Shown piece by piece: positions 19,811 through 30,382 of a stretch of DNA of 64,000 bases (its first letter is position 1; the number at the start of each line of letters is the position of its first letter). Made by a program: the position numbers and the translations under genes. The DNA lies in NCBI GenBank assembly GCA_963790205.1, contig CAWBNQ010000008.1:64001-128000 (forward strand), written 5' to 3'. The DNA comes from Nitrospirota bacterium (GTDB lineage Bacteria; Nitrospirota; UBA9217). The notes below the pieces were generated by a model that saw only the letters and a program-made list of their open reading frames with translations, was not told the DNA's origin and ran no database searches.

Positions 19811-22021
19811 CTACCGCTTTTCCTGCGGCCGCGCACCCGTTGCCTCCGCGCCGCGGGTTTCATGATAGACACAGACCCTGTTCCTTCCCGCCTGCTTCGC
19901 CTGGTAGAGGGCCCGGTCCGCCTGGTCGATGAGGGTCTCTTTTTTCGCGCACCCCGGATAGTAGAAAGCAACGCCGATGCTCAGGGTCCGTTTTAAAACT
20001 ACTTTCCCCGCGGTAATGGCCGCATTTTCAACGGCCTTCCTGATGCGCTCGGCCATTTTTTGGGCGCCTGCGCTGTCTGCGCCGACCATTCCCACGGCAA
20101 ACTCCTCGCCGCCGTAGCGCGCCACGAAATCTATCCCGCGCGCCATCTCCCGGATGACGCCGGCAATGGTTTTGAGCGCCACATCCCCGACGGGGTGGCC
20201 GTGGTCGTCGTTGACCTGTTTGAAAAAATCTATGTCGAGGAGGAGAAGGGAAAAGTGCCGCTCCTCGTTACGGTCGAGCCGTTTGAATTCCAGGTCGAGC
20301 TTGTCCATGAAGGTCCGGTGGTTCAAGAGGCCGGTGAGCCCGTCGGTGAGGGCCATGTTCTGCACCTGTTGATGAAGGATGACATTGTCCATCACGACCG
20401 CAACCTGGTTCATCAGCGTATCGAGGAAATAACGGTGGTATTCGGAAAAGGCGTTCGGCCGGAGGGACCCGAGGAAAAAAACGCCGATGAACTTCTCGCC
20501 GGTGACGAGGGGCCAGCAGGAGAGGGACCGCAGCTGACGGCTCAAGCCCGTCGTGGTATTGAACAGCCCGTTCACTTTGCGCTCACCAAGGTCGAAAAAG
20601 TGGTAGGGCGCAACTTGGTCCTGCTCCCACTGGTTCAGCATCTGGTTCAGGAGCGTGCCCTGCTCGACAGGGAAACGCTTGTCCTGCTCCGCGCCGGCCC
20701 CATCGCTCCCCGCCGGTTTCACAACGGACGTGATCTTGCCGAGCAAGGAAGGGCCGGGACTGGTGAACGTCACCGCGCCGGACTGGTGGGCAATTGCAAC
20801 GGTCCGGTCCCGGTCGTCGTATTGCGCAAAGACGCAAAAGTCGTAGGGGACGAGGACGTTCATTTCCCTTGCCAGGCGTTCCAGGATGTTGTCGAGCTCA
20901 AGGCTGCTGCCCAGTACCGCGCTCAGCTTGTGCAGGCCGGCGAAGGTGCTCGCCCTGATGTCCAGCTCCTGGGACACCCGGATCTTGTCGATGATCTGGA
21001 TGAAGAACGGCGCAAAGCGGGAGAGCATGTCCTGGGTCTCAAGGGAAAACGCGCCGTCCTCAAGGCTGTCCACCGCCAGCACTCCCGCGGTTTCCTCATG
21101 GCTGATGATCGGCATGGTGAGAAGGGATTTTATGGCGACCGGCTGCGTGTAATATCCGAGGTTCCCGGGAGTGTGTTCCATGTTGGAAAGGTAACGGGGC
21201 TGGTTGTCGCGAGCGCAGCCGATGATGGGGCCGTGATCGTTCTCGGGGTCCAGGATCGTCCCGATGGGGGCCGTGTAGCGGCCGTCGTCATCGCTTCGCT
21301 TCGCCCTGAGCGTGAATACGCTGCCCTCCTCCCTGGTTTCCTTCAAGAACAGGGCATAGGTATGGGCGGGCACGAATTCGTAGATCATGTCTATGAGCCC
21401 GGCAAAGGCGTCCTCGCGCTGTATCGCCGCATTGACATTCGAGGCCTGCCGGGCCTCGGTCGTCAGCATCGCGAGCTGCGACCGGCCGGCAAGGGGGTCG
21501 ACGGCGTTCGCGCGGGCGAGCAGCCGCTCATGGGCGTCCTTGAACCGGTCCGCCTCCCGGCGGGTGCGGCGCACGATGTGCGATATGGCGATCGATACGC
21601 CGATGAGGGACAGCGCGAAGCCGGCGTAGAACGGCCATTTCTCCAATTTCCCCTGGCCGGAGAAGAACAGGTTGCAGCTCTCGATGCCGAGAATGAGCCC
21701 GATCGTCGCGTAGGTCCGGCGGGGCGGGGAAAGGGCCGCGACCAGAACGGCGAACAGAAAGTAGACCGGCCAGAGGGATGAATGGACCCCTCCGGAGACC
21801 TGGACGAGAAAATTCAACGGGAGGACTCCCAGGACGATGAAGGGGAAAACAATCGGGCGTTCAGTTTCGAACAGCGCGTGAAAGGAGACGGCAAAGACGA
21901 GGAAAAGGTAGCCGGCGATCCAGTAAAACAGAAAGGGGCTGGACAAGCCTGGGCCGAGGAACAGTCCCCAGCCGGCCAAAATACAGTATAGGACCAGGCC
22001 GGGGAGAAAGATTTTTTTCAA
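19811..22021 (-). CDS. membrane-bound diguanylate cyclase (TM-GAF-GAF-GGDEF)
   Basis: N-terminal TM helices, two GAF-like regions, RYGGEEF with upstream RxxD; TTG start overlaps the upstream stop. Confidence 0.9.
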   Translation of the reverse strand: MKKIFLPGLVLYCILAGWGLFLGPGLSSPFLFYWIAGYLFLVFAVSFHALFETERPIVFPFIVLGVLPLNFLVQVSGGVHSSLWPVYFLFAVLVAALSPPRRTYATIGLILGIESCNLFFSGQGKLEKWPFYAGFALSLIGVSIAISHIVRRTRREADRFKDAHERLLARANAVDPLAGRSQLAMLTTEARQASNVNAAIQREDAFAGLIDMIYEFVPAHTYALFLKETREEGSVFTLRAKRSDDDGRYTAPIGTILDPENDHGPIIGCARDNQPRYLSNMEHTPGNLGYYTQPVAIKSLLTMPIISHEETAGVLAVDSLEDGAFSLETQDMLSRFAPFFIQIIDKIRVSQELDIRASTFAGLHKLSAVLGSSLELDNILERLAREMNVLVPYDFCVFAQYDDRDRTVAIAHQSGAVTFTSPGPSLLGKITSVVKPAGSDGAGAEQDKRFPVEQGTLLNQMLNQWEQDQVAPYHFFDLGERKVNGLFNTTTGLSRQLRSLSCWPLVTGEKFIGVFFLGSLRPNAFSEYHRYFLDTLMNQVAVVMDNVILHQQVQNMALTDGLTGLLNHRTFMDKLDLEFKRLDRNEERHFSLLLLDIDFFKQVNDDHGHPVGDVALKTIAGVIREMARGIDFVARYGGEEFAVGMVGADSAGAQKMAERIRKAVENAAITAGKVVLKRTLSIGVAFYYPGCAKKETLIDQADRALYQAKQAGRNRVCVYHETRGAEATGARPQEKR

Positions 22022-22296
22022 ATCTTTTTTCTCCTGTTGAGCTCTTCTTCGAAATATTTCCGGTAGAGGACGTCCCACTCCCGGCTGCCCTCGGGGACCT
22101 TGCGCGAGAGCGACTGGATGGTGCGCCGCGCCGCTTCGTCCGCCTCATCCTCGAACTTGAGCTCGCCTGCAATGGTGTGCTTGATCTCGCGGAGGAGCTT
22201 TTCCTCAGGCTGGATCGGATCGACGTTCCGGTTGCGGACCAGCATGTCCAGGACCAGGTGGGAAACATGGGATATCCGGTCTTCGCTCAATCGCAT
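22018..22296 (-). CDS. DUF507 family protein
   Basis: MRLSEDRISH..EGSREWDVLY pattern. Confidence 0.75.
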   Translation of the reverse strand: MRLSEDRISHVSHLVLDMLVRNRNVDPIQPEEKLLREIKHTIAGELKFEDEADEAARRTIQSLSRKVPEGSREWDVLYRKYFEEELNRRKKI

Positions 22297-22378
22297 AGGT
22301 TCAATCCTAAATTATTTTTGACGTGGTTTTGATCTTATCCCGCACTCCGCTTCAAACTTCACCCTTCAGACTTCACCC

Positions 22379-22660
22379 TTACAACACAAACCCTCTCTCC
22401 TTCGCCAGCTTATTCTTGGTGAGCTCGAACACCTTGCGGTAGTCCATGTTCTCCTTGGCGATCTCGGCCTCGTGCGCGGAAAGAAGCTTCTCAACGTCCT
22501 TGTTGAGCTTGTCTTCCTCCGCCATGTTCGCGAGAATCACCTCCGCGATCTTCTCTGCGATCGCGCTCTTGGGCACTTCATACTCGACGATGCCTTTTTT
22601 CTCCAGGTTCTCGGCGATCGCATCGGCCATATGCTTGATCATTTCTTTGGGAAGACGCAT
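22379..22660 (-). CDS. DUF507 family protein
   Basis: MRLPKEMI..DYRKVFELTKNKLAKERGFVL; tandem with its paralog. Confidence 0.75.
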   Translation of the reverse strand: MRLPKEMIKHMADAIAENLEKKGIVEYEVPKSAIAEKIAEVILANMAEEDKLNKDVEKLLSAHEAEIAKENMDYRKVFELTKNKLAKERGFVL

Positions 22661-22942
22661 CAGGACTCCTTTTGTTTGGTTCATTATACCAGAAAAGGAG
22701 GAAAAGACGAGGGAAAATAAAAGCCGCGTGCGCCCTGCTTCACCCTTCTTACTTCTGAATTGTCCTCCCATTCGGAAAGGCAGTACTAAAGGCCACTATC
22801 TTTCCCGGCTTTCTTGACATATCGCCCCGCCGGTGCCAAGCTTTAAGTATCTCTCTCACACAGGCATCTTCGCATCCAGTTCGACAACAATCCCATAAGA
22901 AATTCACGAAGACTTCCGGTGAGCTGCGATAGGAGGGTCACC

Positions 22943-23826
22943 ATGAAAACACTGGTCATAGGTGGAACAGGGAAGGTAGGAAGCATGGTCGTAGCAGGCC
23001 TGCTGAAGCAGGGGGCCATGGTGCGGGTCATGAGCCATTCACCGGAAAAACTGAAAAAGCTGCCGTCGGGCGTGGAAGGGTACCGGGGCGATCTTGACAT
23101 TCCCGATACGCTCCCGGAGGCATTCAAAAGCGTCGACAGCGTGTTCCTGCTGAATACCGTGGGGCCGAACGAGACCGCGGGAGGACTGAACGCCGTGTCC
23201 GCGGCAAAGGCGGCAAAGGTCAGGAAGATCGTCTATATGTCGGTTGCCATGCCCGCGGGGTCGGAAACAATACCGCACTTCCGGAGCAAGCTCCCGGTGG
23301 AGAAGGCCATCCGGGAATCGGGGATCTCCTTACACGATTCTCCGGCCGAACAACTTCTTCCAGAACGATCTCTGGCTGAAGGACGCGATCCTGCAGCACG
23401 GCGTCTACCCGCAGCCCACTCGGCACGAAAGGGCTGAACCGGGTCGATGTACGCGACATCGCCGACTGCGCGGTCAACGCGCTCACGAAACCCGGTTACG
23501 AGAACGAGACGTATGATATCCACGGACCCGATACCCTGACCGGCGAAGGGATTGCCGGGATCTACACGAAGCACTTGGGACAAAAGGTCCGCTACGCCGG
23601 GGATGATATCGAAGCCTGGGCGGAGAGTTCAAAAGGCATGATGCCGGAGTTTTTGATCGCCGATATGCGCATCATGTACCGGTTCTTCCAGGACAACGGG
23701 ATGATCGCCTCGAAGGAGGACCTCGAAAAGACGGAGAAGCTCCTGGGCAACAAGTCCCGGGCCTTTGACGCTTTCGTCAAGGAGATTGCTTTAGAGTGGA
23801 AGATCAAGGTTGCGAAAGCCGCGTAA
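22943..23826 (+). CDS. NmrA-like NAD(P)-binding protein, two apparent +1 frameshifts (~23330, ~23418)
   Basis: LVIGGTGKVG Rossmann motif; YTILRPNNFFQN and RVDVRDIA continue in other frames. Confidence 0.8.
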
Positions 23827-23842
23827 AAGGTAAGGGAAGCGC

Positions 23843-23879
23843 TGCCGGATGCCGCATCAAGGCCATCCGGCATTTTTTT
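23843..23879 (+). terminator. intrinsic terminator
   Basis: TGCCGGATG..CATCCGGCA followed by T7. Confidence 0.7.
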
Positions 23880-24242
23880 GCTCTTGCACCTGAACTGTTA
23901 TGATCCTAAACTCCGAACCACGAACGCTTCTATTAAACGACCGCCGACTATCGACTGATGACTGTAACCTGTCCTTCACCCTTCAGCCTGAATCTAATCT
24001 AAGGTTTTTCGAAGTGAAAACTCAGGGAATCCCTGATGCCAGATATTATCCCGTTCTCTTCGGTCTTTGCTTGATTTTTCAGGGTAAGTGTACTATTCTC
24101 GTGCTGTTATAACTTCATTTACGGTTGTTGATTTGAGATTGACGATTTGAGCGTGACGATCCGAGATTGATGATTTGCGATTGACGATGTGCAGATCTGA
24201 AATCGGGAATCGGCAATCTTAAATCGGAAGATGAAAGGCATC

Positions 24243-25110
24243 ATGTCCCTTGGCCCCGAAGGCATAGCACGTGAACAGATCGACCGGATGCTGGAACAGG
24301 CAGGCTGGGCTGTTCAGGACGCGAAGGCGGTCAACCTGTACGCAAAACAAGGCATGGCTATCCGCGAGTTCGAGCTTAAGGCCGGGTACGGCACTGCTGA
24401 TTACCTTCTATATATAGATGGCTAGGCAGCAGGTGTTATCGAAGCGAAGAAAGAAGGCACAACACTCACCGGCGTCGAGGTCCAGTCGGATAGATACAGC
24501 AAAGGCCTTCCTGAAAGTCTTCCTGCCTGGTTCCGGCCTCTCCCGTTCTGCTATCAATCAACAGGCAAGGAAACACGCTTCACGAACGGGTTGGATCCCG
24601 AGCCGCGTTCCCGGAATGTATTCGCCTTCCATCGTCCCGAAATGCTGGCATACTGGCTGGAGGACGGCATTCCCGCGGATTACGGTCTTGCAGCGGAGCG
24701 GCAGCAGCTGTACAGCCCCGAAACCTTCCTCTACCGCATGCACCGGATGCCGCATCTTATTGAATCCGGCCTCTGGCCCGCGCAGATCGTAGCGATCAAG
24801 AACCTCGAACGATCGCTTGCCGAGAACCGCCCTCGCGCTCTCATCCAGATGGCGACGGGCAGCGGCAAAACCTTCACAGCCATAAACTTCCTGTACCGGT
24901 TGATCAAGTTCGGCGGGGCAAAGCGGGTCCTGTTCCTCGTTGACCGGGGCAATCTCGGCAGGCAGGCCTTGAAGGAATTCCAACAGTACCTCTCGCCCTA
25001 CAATAACTTTAAATTCACCGAAGAGTTCATCGTCCAGCGCCTCACGTCGAACACGCTCGATACAACCGCCCGGGTCTGCATCTGCACGATCCAGAGACTC
25101 TACTCCATGA
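24243..25110 (+). pseudogene. hsdR: type I restriction enzyme R subunit, 5' fragment with internal TAG, truncated next to a repeat
   Basis: ADYLLYIDG*AAGVIEAKK nuclease motif, MATGSGKT, VLFLVDR; similarity ends at CTIQRLYSM. Confidence 0.85.
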
Positions 25111-25130
25111 AGAAAACAGCCATCATCGAA

Positions 25131-25318
25131 TCGCCCTCAGCATATTTCGGAAACAGCCTGCATTCGCGCTTTGCACTCATAAACGCTGGCCGCAGGCTTG
25201 CCACCCTGCGGGCTCAGACACCCTGCACTCGCTCCTACGCACTCGTGAACGCCGGGTGCAGGCAGTCCGAAATGCTCCACCTTCGGACTCAATCGCCTGC
25301 CTGAATTTTCGCATGGGG
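25131..25318 (-). repeat. dispersed ~190-bp structured repeat (copy 2)
   Basis: Inverted homolog of 17076-17268, located at the hsdR truncation point. Confidence 0.8.
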
Positions 25319-25386
25319 AATTGAAAGAAAGACTCAAACCTGCTCCAAAGCCGAAGAGAATGAAAAAGAACAGTCTATCATCGCCC

Positions 25387-25956
25387 ATGTCCGTCAAGAC
25401 CGATAAACCCTCGAAGGCCGATCTCCAGGCAGCCTACGGAAAGACGGTCCCGGATATTATTGCTCCCCGGCTGAAGGTCCTGTTCGTGGGCATCAATCCC
25501 GGCTTGTATTCCGGCGCTGTGGGGCATCATTTCGCCCGGCCGGGGAACCGCTTCTGGCCTGTTCTTTACAAGGCGGGGTTCACCCAGAGGCAGCTTTCGC
25601 CGCAAGAAGAGCGGGAGCTGATACCATGCGGATACGGCATCACGAACATCGTGAGCAGGTCGACCGCATCGGCAGCGGAGCTCGACCAGGAAGAGCTGCT
25701 GGCGGGAGGCCGGCTCCTTGCGGCAAAGATCAAGCGCTATCGTCCCCATATTGTGGCGGTCCTCGGTCTTCAGGCATTTCGCATCGCCTTCGGGCAGCCG
25801 AAGGCCGGCTTCGGCCCCCGGGAGGAGCGCCTCGGCACATCGAAGCTCTGGGTCCTGCCGAACCCGAGCGGACTGAACGCGAGCTATCAGCTTCGCGCGC
25901 CCACGCGAATGTTTCGGCTGGTCCGCCTCGCCGCGGAAGAACGACGGGGACGGTAA
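25387..25956 (+). CDS. mug: G/U mismatch-specific DNA glycosylase; start uncertain
   Basis: LFVGINPG, HHFARPGNRFW, LPNPSGLNA. Confidence 0.9.
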   Translation: MSVKTDKPSKADLQAAYGKTVPDIIAPRLKVLFVGINPGLYSGAVGHHFARPGNRFWPVLYKAGFTQRQLSPQEERELIPCGYGITNIVSRSTASAAELDQEELLAGGRLLAAKIKRYRPHIVAVLGLQAFRIAFGQPKAGFGPREERLGTSKLWVLPNPSGLNASYQLRAPTRMFRLVRLAAEERRGR

Positions 25957-26184
25957 CCTCTCAGGGTCTATAATGTTCATACCCATCTGTTCATGACCCG
26001 GCTGCCATAAGTCTCCGACCCTGGCGCATATCGTAAATCCCATGGTCTCTTCAGAGATACCCGGACGTGCGTGGTCCTTGGAACGTTTTCCCACCTGCAA
26101 ATGTATCGCCAATGACGTATAATGACGTGCTACGGTGAAACAACGGCGCCACAACAGCGGGACGTGAGAGAGAGGATAGGACTG

Positions 26185-26787
26185 ATGGGAAATACGTTAA
26201 CGAGCTACTCAGACGACAGCCTGACGCGCGAGGCGCTCACGAAGGTCGGATCGGACCGAACGCTCCATGAAATCTACGGCCTTTTTTACGGAGGCGTGGC
26301 CGCGCCGGATCAATCCGATCCTGGAGAGTATCTGCCCGTGATTTTCGAGGAAGACCCTGCCTCTCCTGTTTCAGAAGAAGACGCTGAAACCCTGAGGGAT
26401 AATCTGCTGTCGCTCTGGAACTTCATCGCCCAATGGAAGCCGGAAGAGGATCCCTTTTACTTTCCCGAACAAGAGTATCCGGACAATTATCAGGGCCTGC
26501 TGCAGCACCTGACAGACGATGCGTCGATGGTGCAATTCTTTATAGCGGGACTCAATCTGGGCGGAACGGAAGAAGACGATTTTTCCGAGGATGCGGTTGA
26601 TGCGATGCACGAACTTGCGGAAGCGTCGGCACGATTGCAGAAAAATATCGCTGTGTGCGCGAAATTGGACCCGACGGCTGCGGATGATGACCCCGATTCA
26701 ACAGCAACAATGCTGGATGAGATCGAGGATGTCCTCGCCGATTGTATCGCCCGGGTGGCCATCGGGCTGAAAGATGCGAAGCGCTGA
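26185..26787 (+). CDS. UPF0149/YecA-like acidic protein
   Basis: LHEIYGLFYGGVAAP..YLPVIF pattern. Confidence 0.6.
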   Translation: MGNTLTSYSDDSLTREALTKVGSDRTLHEIYGLFYGGVAAPDQSDPGEYLPVIFEEDPASPVSEEDAETLRDNLLSLWNFIAQWKPEEDPFYFPEQEYPDNYQGLLQHLTDDASMVQFFIAGLNLGGTEEDDFSEDAVDAMHELAEASARLQKNIAVCAKLDPTAADDDPDSTATMLDEIEDVLADCIARVAIGLKDAKR

Positions 26788-27093
26788 ACAAAACATCTTG
26801 GAGTCACTCAAACATCCTGAGATGATCACGGTCCTTTATTTTGTTGCCCATCCCCTTCGCGTCCTGAACGAAATTTTTGACCCGTCTAAAGCCACGTCCG
26901 CTCGCCCGAGCAAACTCCGCGATAGAATTATCCTTGTCCACCAGCCCTCTCCCTTCTGGGAGAGGGACCGGGTGAGGGGCCTCAGACATGCGCGTTCTCG
27001 GCCGGAAGTGAACTATAAAGTCGGTTGAGCTAAGGAATATCCGGACGGCCCGGAACCGGCGTTTTTCTCATATACCTGCGGCTTTTTTGCCGG

Positions 27094-27297
27094 CTATAGG
27101 CAATCCCGTGCGCTCGCATTGGCGTAGAAATCGCACCTGCCGCAATAGGCGATCTGCTCATCCAAGCTTGAGAACTCTTTCTCCCCTCCTTGGCACTTTA
27201 CACCTGCGAGCATCCAGCAGCCGGAACCGCTGTCGGGATACGCAGGACAGGTCTTGAACACCTCTTCCGCGCAGTTTTTGAATTCCCAGCAATTCAT
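27094..27297 (-). CDS. small Cys-rich two-CW-type protein
   Basis: NCWEFKNC..CPAY..CW..G.KC..CGRCDFY. Confidence 0.7.
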   Translation of the reverse strand: MNCWEFKNCAEEVFKTCPAYPDSGSGCWMLAGVKCQGGEKEFSSLDEQIAYCGRCDFYANASARDCL

Positions 27298-27530
27298 TCT
27301 TTCAGCCCACCTTTCATAGAAAAGTGATGAATTCAGACTTTTAAAAAGCAACATTTATGCCAATGCATAACCTGCCGCATATATACGATTTTCAATACAC
27401 TCGACCGGATTAATTTCCCGGTGATATACGTTTTTGGGCACTTCCGTTGACAAATTTTGGCAAAGGAACATCTTTGATGCAGGAGCGAGATAGAGGGGGG
27501 CAAATCTTCGATATTGACACATAGAGGGGG

Positions 27531-27670
27531 CCACGCGGAGACGCGGAGACCGCGGAGAAATCATGCAGGAACTGGGTATATTACAGATAAAATTATTAAT
27601 TATGTTTTGGAAGCGCAGAAGGGGTGAACGTCATGAAGCCTTCTCCGTGACTCCGCGTCTCCGCGTGAAA
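27531..27670. repeat. inverted array of CGCGGAGA 9-mer-like units around an AT-rich spacer
   Basis: CACGCGGAGACGCGGAGACCGCGGAGAA ... TTCTCCGTGACTCCGCGTCTCCGCGTG; a half copy also at ~19766-19788. Confidence 0.7.
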
Positions 27671-27724
27671 TGATTACGGTTTGCGGGATTTCATGAGGAA
27701 GCTTCGAACCGGTATGCGGTCGAC

Positions 27725-28651
27725 TTATGACGGCGAAAGGGGGCCGCGCACTTTGCGGAAGTCCGCCCAGATATCGACTACGCCGAGCGCCATGACACCG
27801 GCGACGGTCGGCGGCAGGGCCAGAATGATCACGAGGATCAACCCCCGCACGAGCGTGTGGACGCGCGCCTTCCTGAGATAATGTTCGACGATCGAGATCC
27901 CTTGAATAAAGTAAATGACGGAGTAAAGGATCGCCAGGTTCCATCCCGTGAACTTCACGGTTTCATTCGAGACCAGGATGAGGACCAGGGTGACGATCAG
28001 CCCCCAGACCCAGACATCGGGCGCGTGCCACAGTGCGAGGGACGGCACGGCAGGCGCCGGCGCCGTCCCCGGCCTCCGGGTGATGATACGCGCGGCAAGG
28101 ACGAAGCACCCTAAAGCCAGGAGTATCATGGACGTGACCACGATGCCCGGAAGCAGCAGTACGAAGTAATGAAGGAACGTGTCCGGGACCGACGAGACGG
28201 CTGCGGCAACTTCGGTCAGTTTGAGGTCCGTATACAGCTTCGCGGCCAGGGCGCGCTGCCCCTGCAGAAACGCCTCGGTGAACGTGACGGGATTTTTGTT
28301 CGTATGGAGAAAAAAGCGCGCTGCGACGAGCGTGAGGGCGGCCACGGGCAGGAGCCCGCCCGCAAGCGCCGCTGCTTCAGGCTTCCACTGCCGCCGCAGG
28401 CCTTCCGCCGTACCGACGGCCATGAGCCCGAAGGAGAGCAAAAGAACGGCCGCAACCTGCCAGCCCGCGATGGCGCCGACGACGGCGATCGAAAGGCCGA
28501 GGGCGGACAGCCCCTCGCGTCTCCCCTGGCGTACGTAGGCGAGCACGAGCGGCACCGGGGTGAACATCATCCCGAGCAGGGGAATGAAAAACCCCGAAAG
28601 AAAAAGGAGTACGGCTTGCGCGGCCGCGACCAGCGTTGCCTTGTAATTCAT
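27725..28651 (-). CDS. DUF2232 (YybS-like) membrane protein
   Basis: Multi-TM protein ending in LGVVDIWADFRK; usual position after rpsR. Confidence 0.85.
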   Translation of the reverse strand: MNYKATLVAAAQAVLLFLSGFFIPLLGMMFTPVPLVLAYVRQGRREGLSALGLSIAVVGAIAGWQVAAVLLLSFGLMAVGTAEGLRRQWKPEAAALAGGLLPVAALTLVAARFFLHTNKNPVTFTEAFLQGQRALAAKLYTDLKLTEVAAAVSSVPDTFLHYFVLLLPGIVVTSMILLALGCFVLAARIITRRPGTAPAPAVPSLALWHAPDVWVWGLIVTLVLILVSNETVKFTGWNLAILYSVIYFIQGISIVEHYLRKARVHTLVRGLILVIILALPPTVAGVMALGVVDIWADFRKVRGPLSPS

Positions 28652-28747
28652 CAACGTCTCCAAAAAAAGGGGAAACCCCTGGCGGCTGATGCACCCCCGA
28701 GTTTCCCCTGTATCGTATCGGGATCACCGCGCTGTCGCGCGAGGACC

Positions 28748-29056
28748 TTACTTTTCTCCGGAGAAGGGAACGAGCGCGATGTTCCTGCACCGCTGCACCG
28801 CGACCGTGACCTCTCTCTGGTGACGGGCGCAGTTGCCGGATATGCGGCGGGGAAGTATCTTTCCGCGCTCCGTCAGAAAGAACCGGATGGTCTTAACGTC
28901 CTTGTAATCGATGAAGGGCGTTTTATCCACGCAGAACCGGCATACTTTTTTTCTGACCGTAAACCGTCTTCTCTTGTCCGGGCCCCTGCTGTCCCGGGTG
29001 TCCCTGCCTCTCGAATCAGAGGGCCGCTGGGGTGATCGTGCGGGAAATTCTGCCAT
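28748..29056 (-). CDS. rpsR: 30S ribosomal protein S18
   Basis: [30 protein letters not shown]. Confidence 0.97.
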   Translation of the reverse strand: MAEFPARSPQRPSDSRGRDTRDSRGPDKRRRFTVRKKVCRFCVDKTPFIDYKDVKTIRFFLTERGKILPRRISGNCARHQREVTVAVQRCRNIALVPFSGEK

Positions 29057-29149
29057 AATAGTGACTCCTCATAATATTTTTGTAAAACATTGGACTTGCA
29101 ATTCCCCGCAGCTTGCTGCGGGGAGGTTCATTCGGCGCCAAAACGACCG

Positions 29150-29563
29150 TCAGAACGGGATATCTCCGTCATCCACCGGCGCTTCCGGCGCGGGCTCCGG
29201 ACGGCCCTGGCCGCCGCCCTGCCCGGCCGCTGAACGCTTGGGCATGAAGGTCACGGACTGCGCCGCCACTTCCACTTTGCTTCGTTTCTGGCCGGAATCC
29301 TTGTCTTCCCACCGGCGCTGCTGCAGGCGGCCTTCGATCAGGGCCCCGTCTCCCTTGTTGAGATACTGGCCGCAGTTTTCCGCCTGCTTGCCGAAAACGA
29401 CGATGTCGATGTAGCTGACCTCTTCCTTGGTCTCTTCGCCCTGCTTGTACTTCCGGTTGACCGCGATGGCGAAGCTCGCTACCGCGCTGCCGTTCGGCGT
29501 ATAGCGCACCTCGGGATCGCGGGTCAGATTGCCCAGCAGGATTACTTTATTAAAGCTCGTCAT
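29150..29563 (-). CDS. ssb: single-stranded DNA-binding protein
   Basis: NKVILLGNLTRDPE; C-terminal DDGDIPF. Confidence 0.97.
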   Translation of the reverse strand: MTSFNKVILLGNLTRDPEVRYTPNGSAVASFAIAVNRKYKQGEETKEEVSYIDIVVFGKQAENCGQYLNKGDGALIEGRLQQRRWEDKDSGQKRSKVEVAAQSVTFMPKRSAAGQGGGQGRPEPAPEAPVDDGDIPF

Positions 29564-29641
29564 GGCGCTACCTCATGGTTCCGATATTCCGTCCGGCAAA
29601 AGCGGGAGCGGTCATCGGGCTATGGTCCGTTGCGGCCAAGG

Positions 29642-30007
29642 CTACGCCGTGGCCGGACCGGCCGCTTCTGCCTTGGCAAGATCCTTCTTCTTCGGCTTGG
29701 GGGCCGGCCTGGTGCGCAGCTCTTTCTCGAGCTTGACGGTTATGAACTTGATCACGGAATCCGTCATCTTGTACGTTCGCTCGAGCTCGCTCACCGCAGC
29801 GGGCGCCGACTTGAACTGAAAGAACGCGTAGTGGCCCCGTTTGTGCTTTTTGATCTCGTAGGCGAGCTTCTTCTTGCCCCAGTCCTCGAACTTGAGCATC
29901 TCTCCGCCCTGGCTGGCGACCACGTCCTGCATTTTCTTGATGACAGCGGCGGTCTCTTCGTCCGAGAGGTTGGGGTTGATGATGAAGATTGATTCGTAGA
30001 TATGCAT
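29642..30007 (-). CDS. rpsF: 30S ribosomal protein S6
   Basis: YESIFIINP, WGKKKLAYEI. Confidence 0.97.
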   Translation of the reverse strand: MHIYESIFIINPNLSDEETAAVIKKMQDVVASQGGEMLKFEDWGKKKLAYEIKKHKRGHYAFFQFKSAPAAVSELERTYKMTDSVIKFITVKLEKELRTRPAPKPKKKDLAKAEAAGPATA

Positions 30008-30016
30008 TGTCTTTTA

Positions 30017-30064
30017 TCTCCTCATGGGTTATAGCCCCCTGTCTATTTCGCAGGGAGCAAGGAG
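30017..30064 (-). promoter_or_regulatory. S6:S18 ribosomal leader (autoregulatory RNA)
   Basis: Minus strand reads ACTCCTTGCTCCCTG..CAGGGGGC..ACCC..GAGGAG: anti-SD pairing stem, inner hairpin and CCC loop directly before rpsF. Confidence 0.65.
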
Positions 30065-30190
30065 TAATCCCCCGCCAACGCAGGAGAATCGACCTTACTC
30101 GTTTTTGGGAAACATAAAATTATCACAGACGGCGCGAAAATGCAAGCGTTTTTCTATAAAAGTAAAAGCACTTCATTGGGTTTGTCACCT

Positions 30191-30352
30191 GACCCGACTA
30201 GCCGGAACCAAAACAAAACTTAAAAGGCGTCTCTCGCAAAGCCCGCAAAGGGAACCTTGAGTCAAAATCTTTTTTTGGTTTTAAACCAAAAACAAGAAGT
30301 AGCCTAAGATTTTCTTGGCGTCCTTTGCGAGCTTTGCGAGAAATATTCCTGC
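30191..30352 (-). repeat. dispersed palindromic element with CGCAAAG units (copy B)
   Basis: Reverse complement aligns by eye with 15470-15652. Confidence 0.8.
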
Positions 30353-30382
30353 CATTTTGAGTAGAATTTGGTTTGTGCCTTA

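Noticed and set aside
19811..20350. Hypr GGDEF (cGAMP synthase), suggested by the Geobacter-like cytochromes
   Set aside because: Both GGDEF proteins keep Asp in the GH..GD motif, consistent with ordinary c-di-GMP synthesis
24423..24425. Recoded stop (pyrrolysine or selenocysteine) in hsdR
   Set aside because: The codon is TAG, not TGA; the gene is also truncated downstream, so decay or error is simpler
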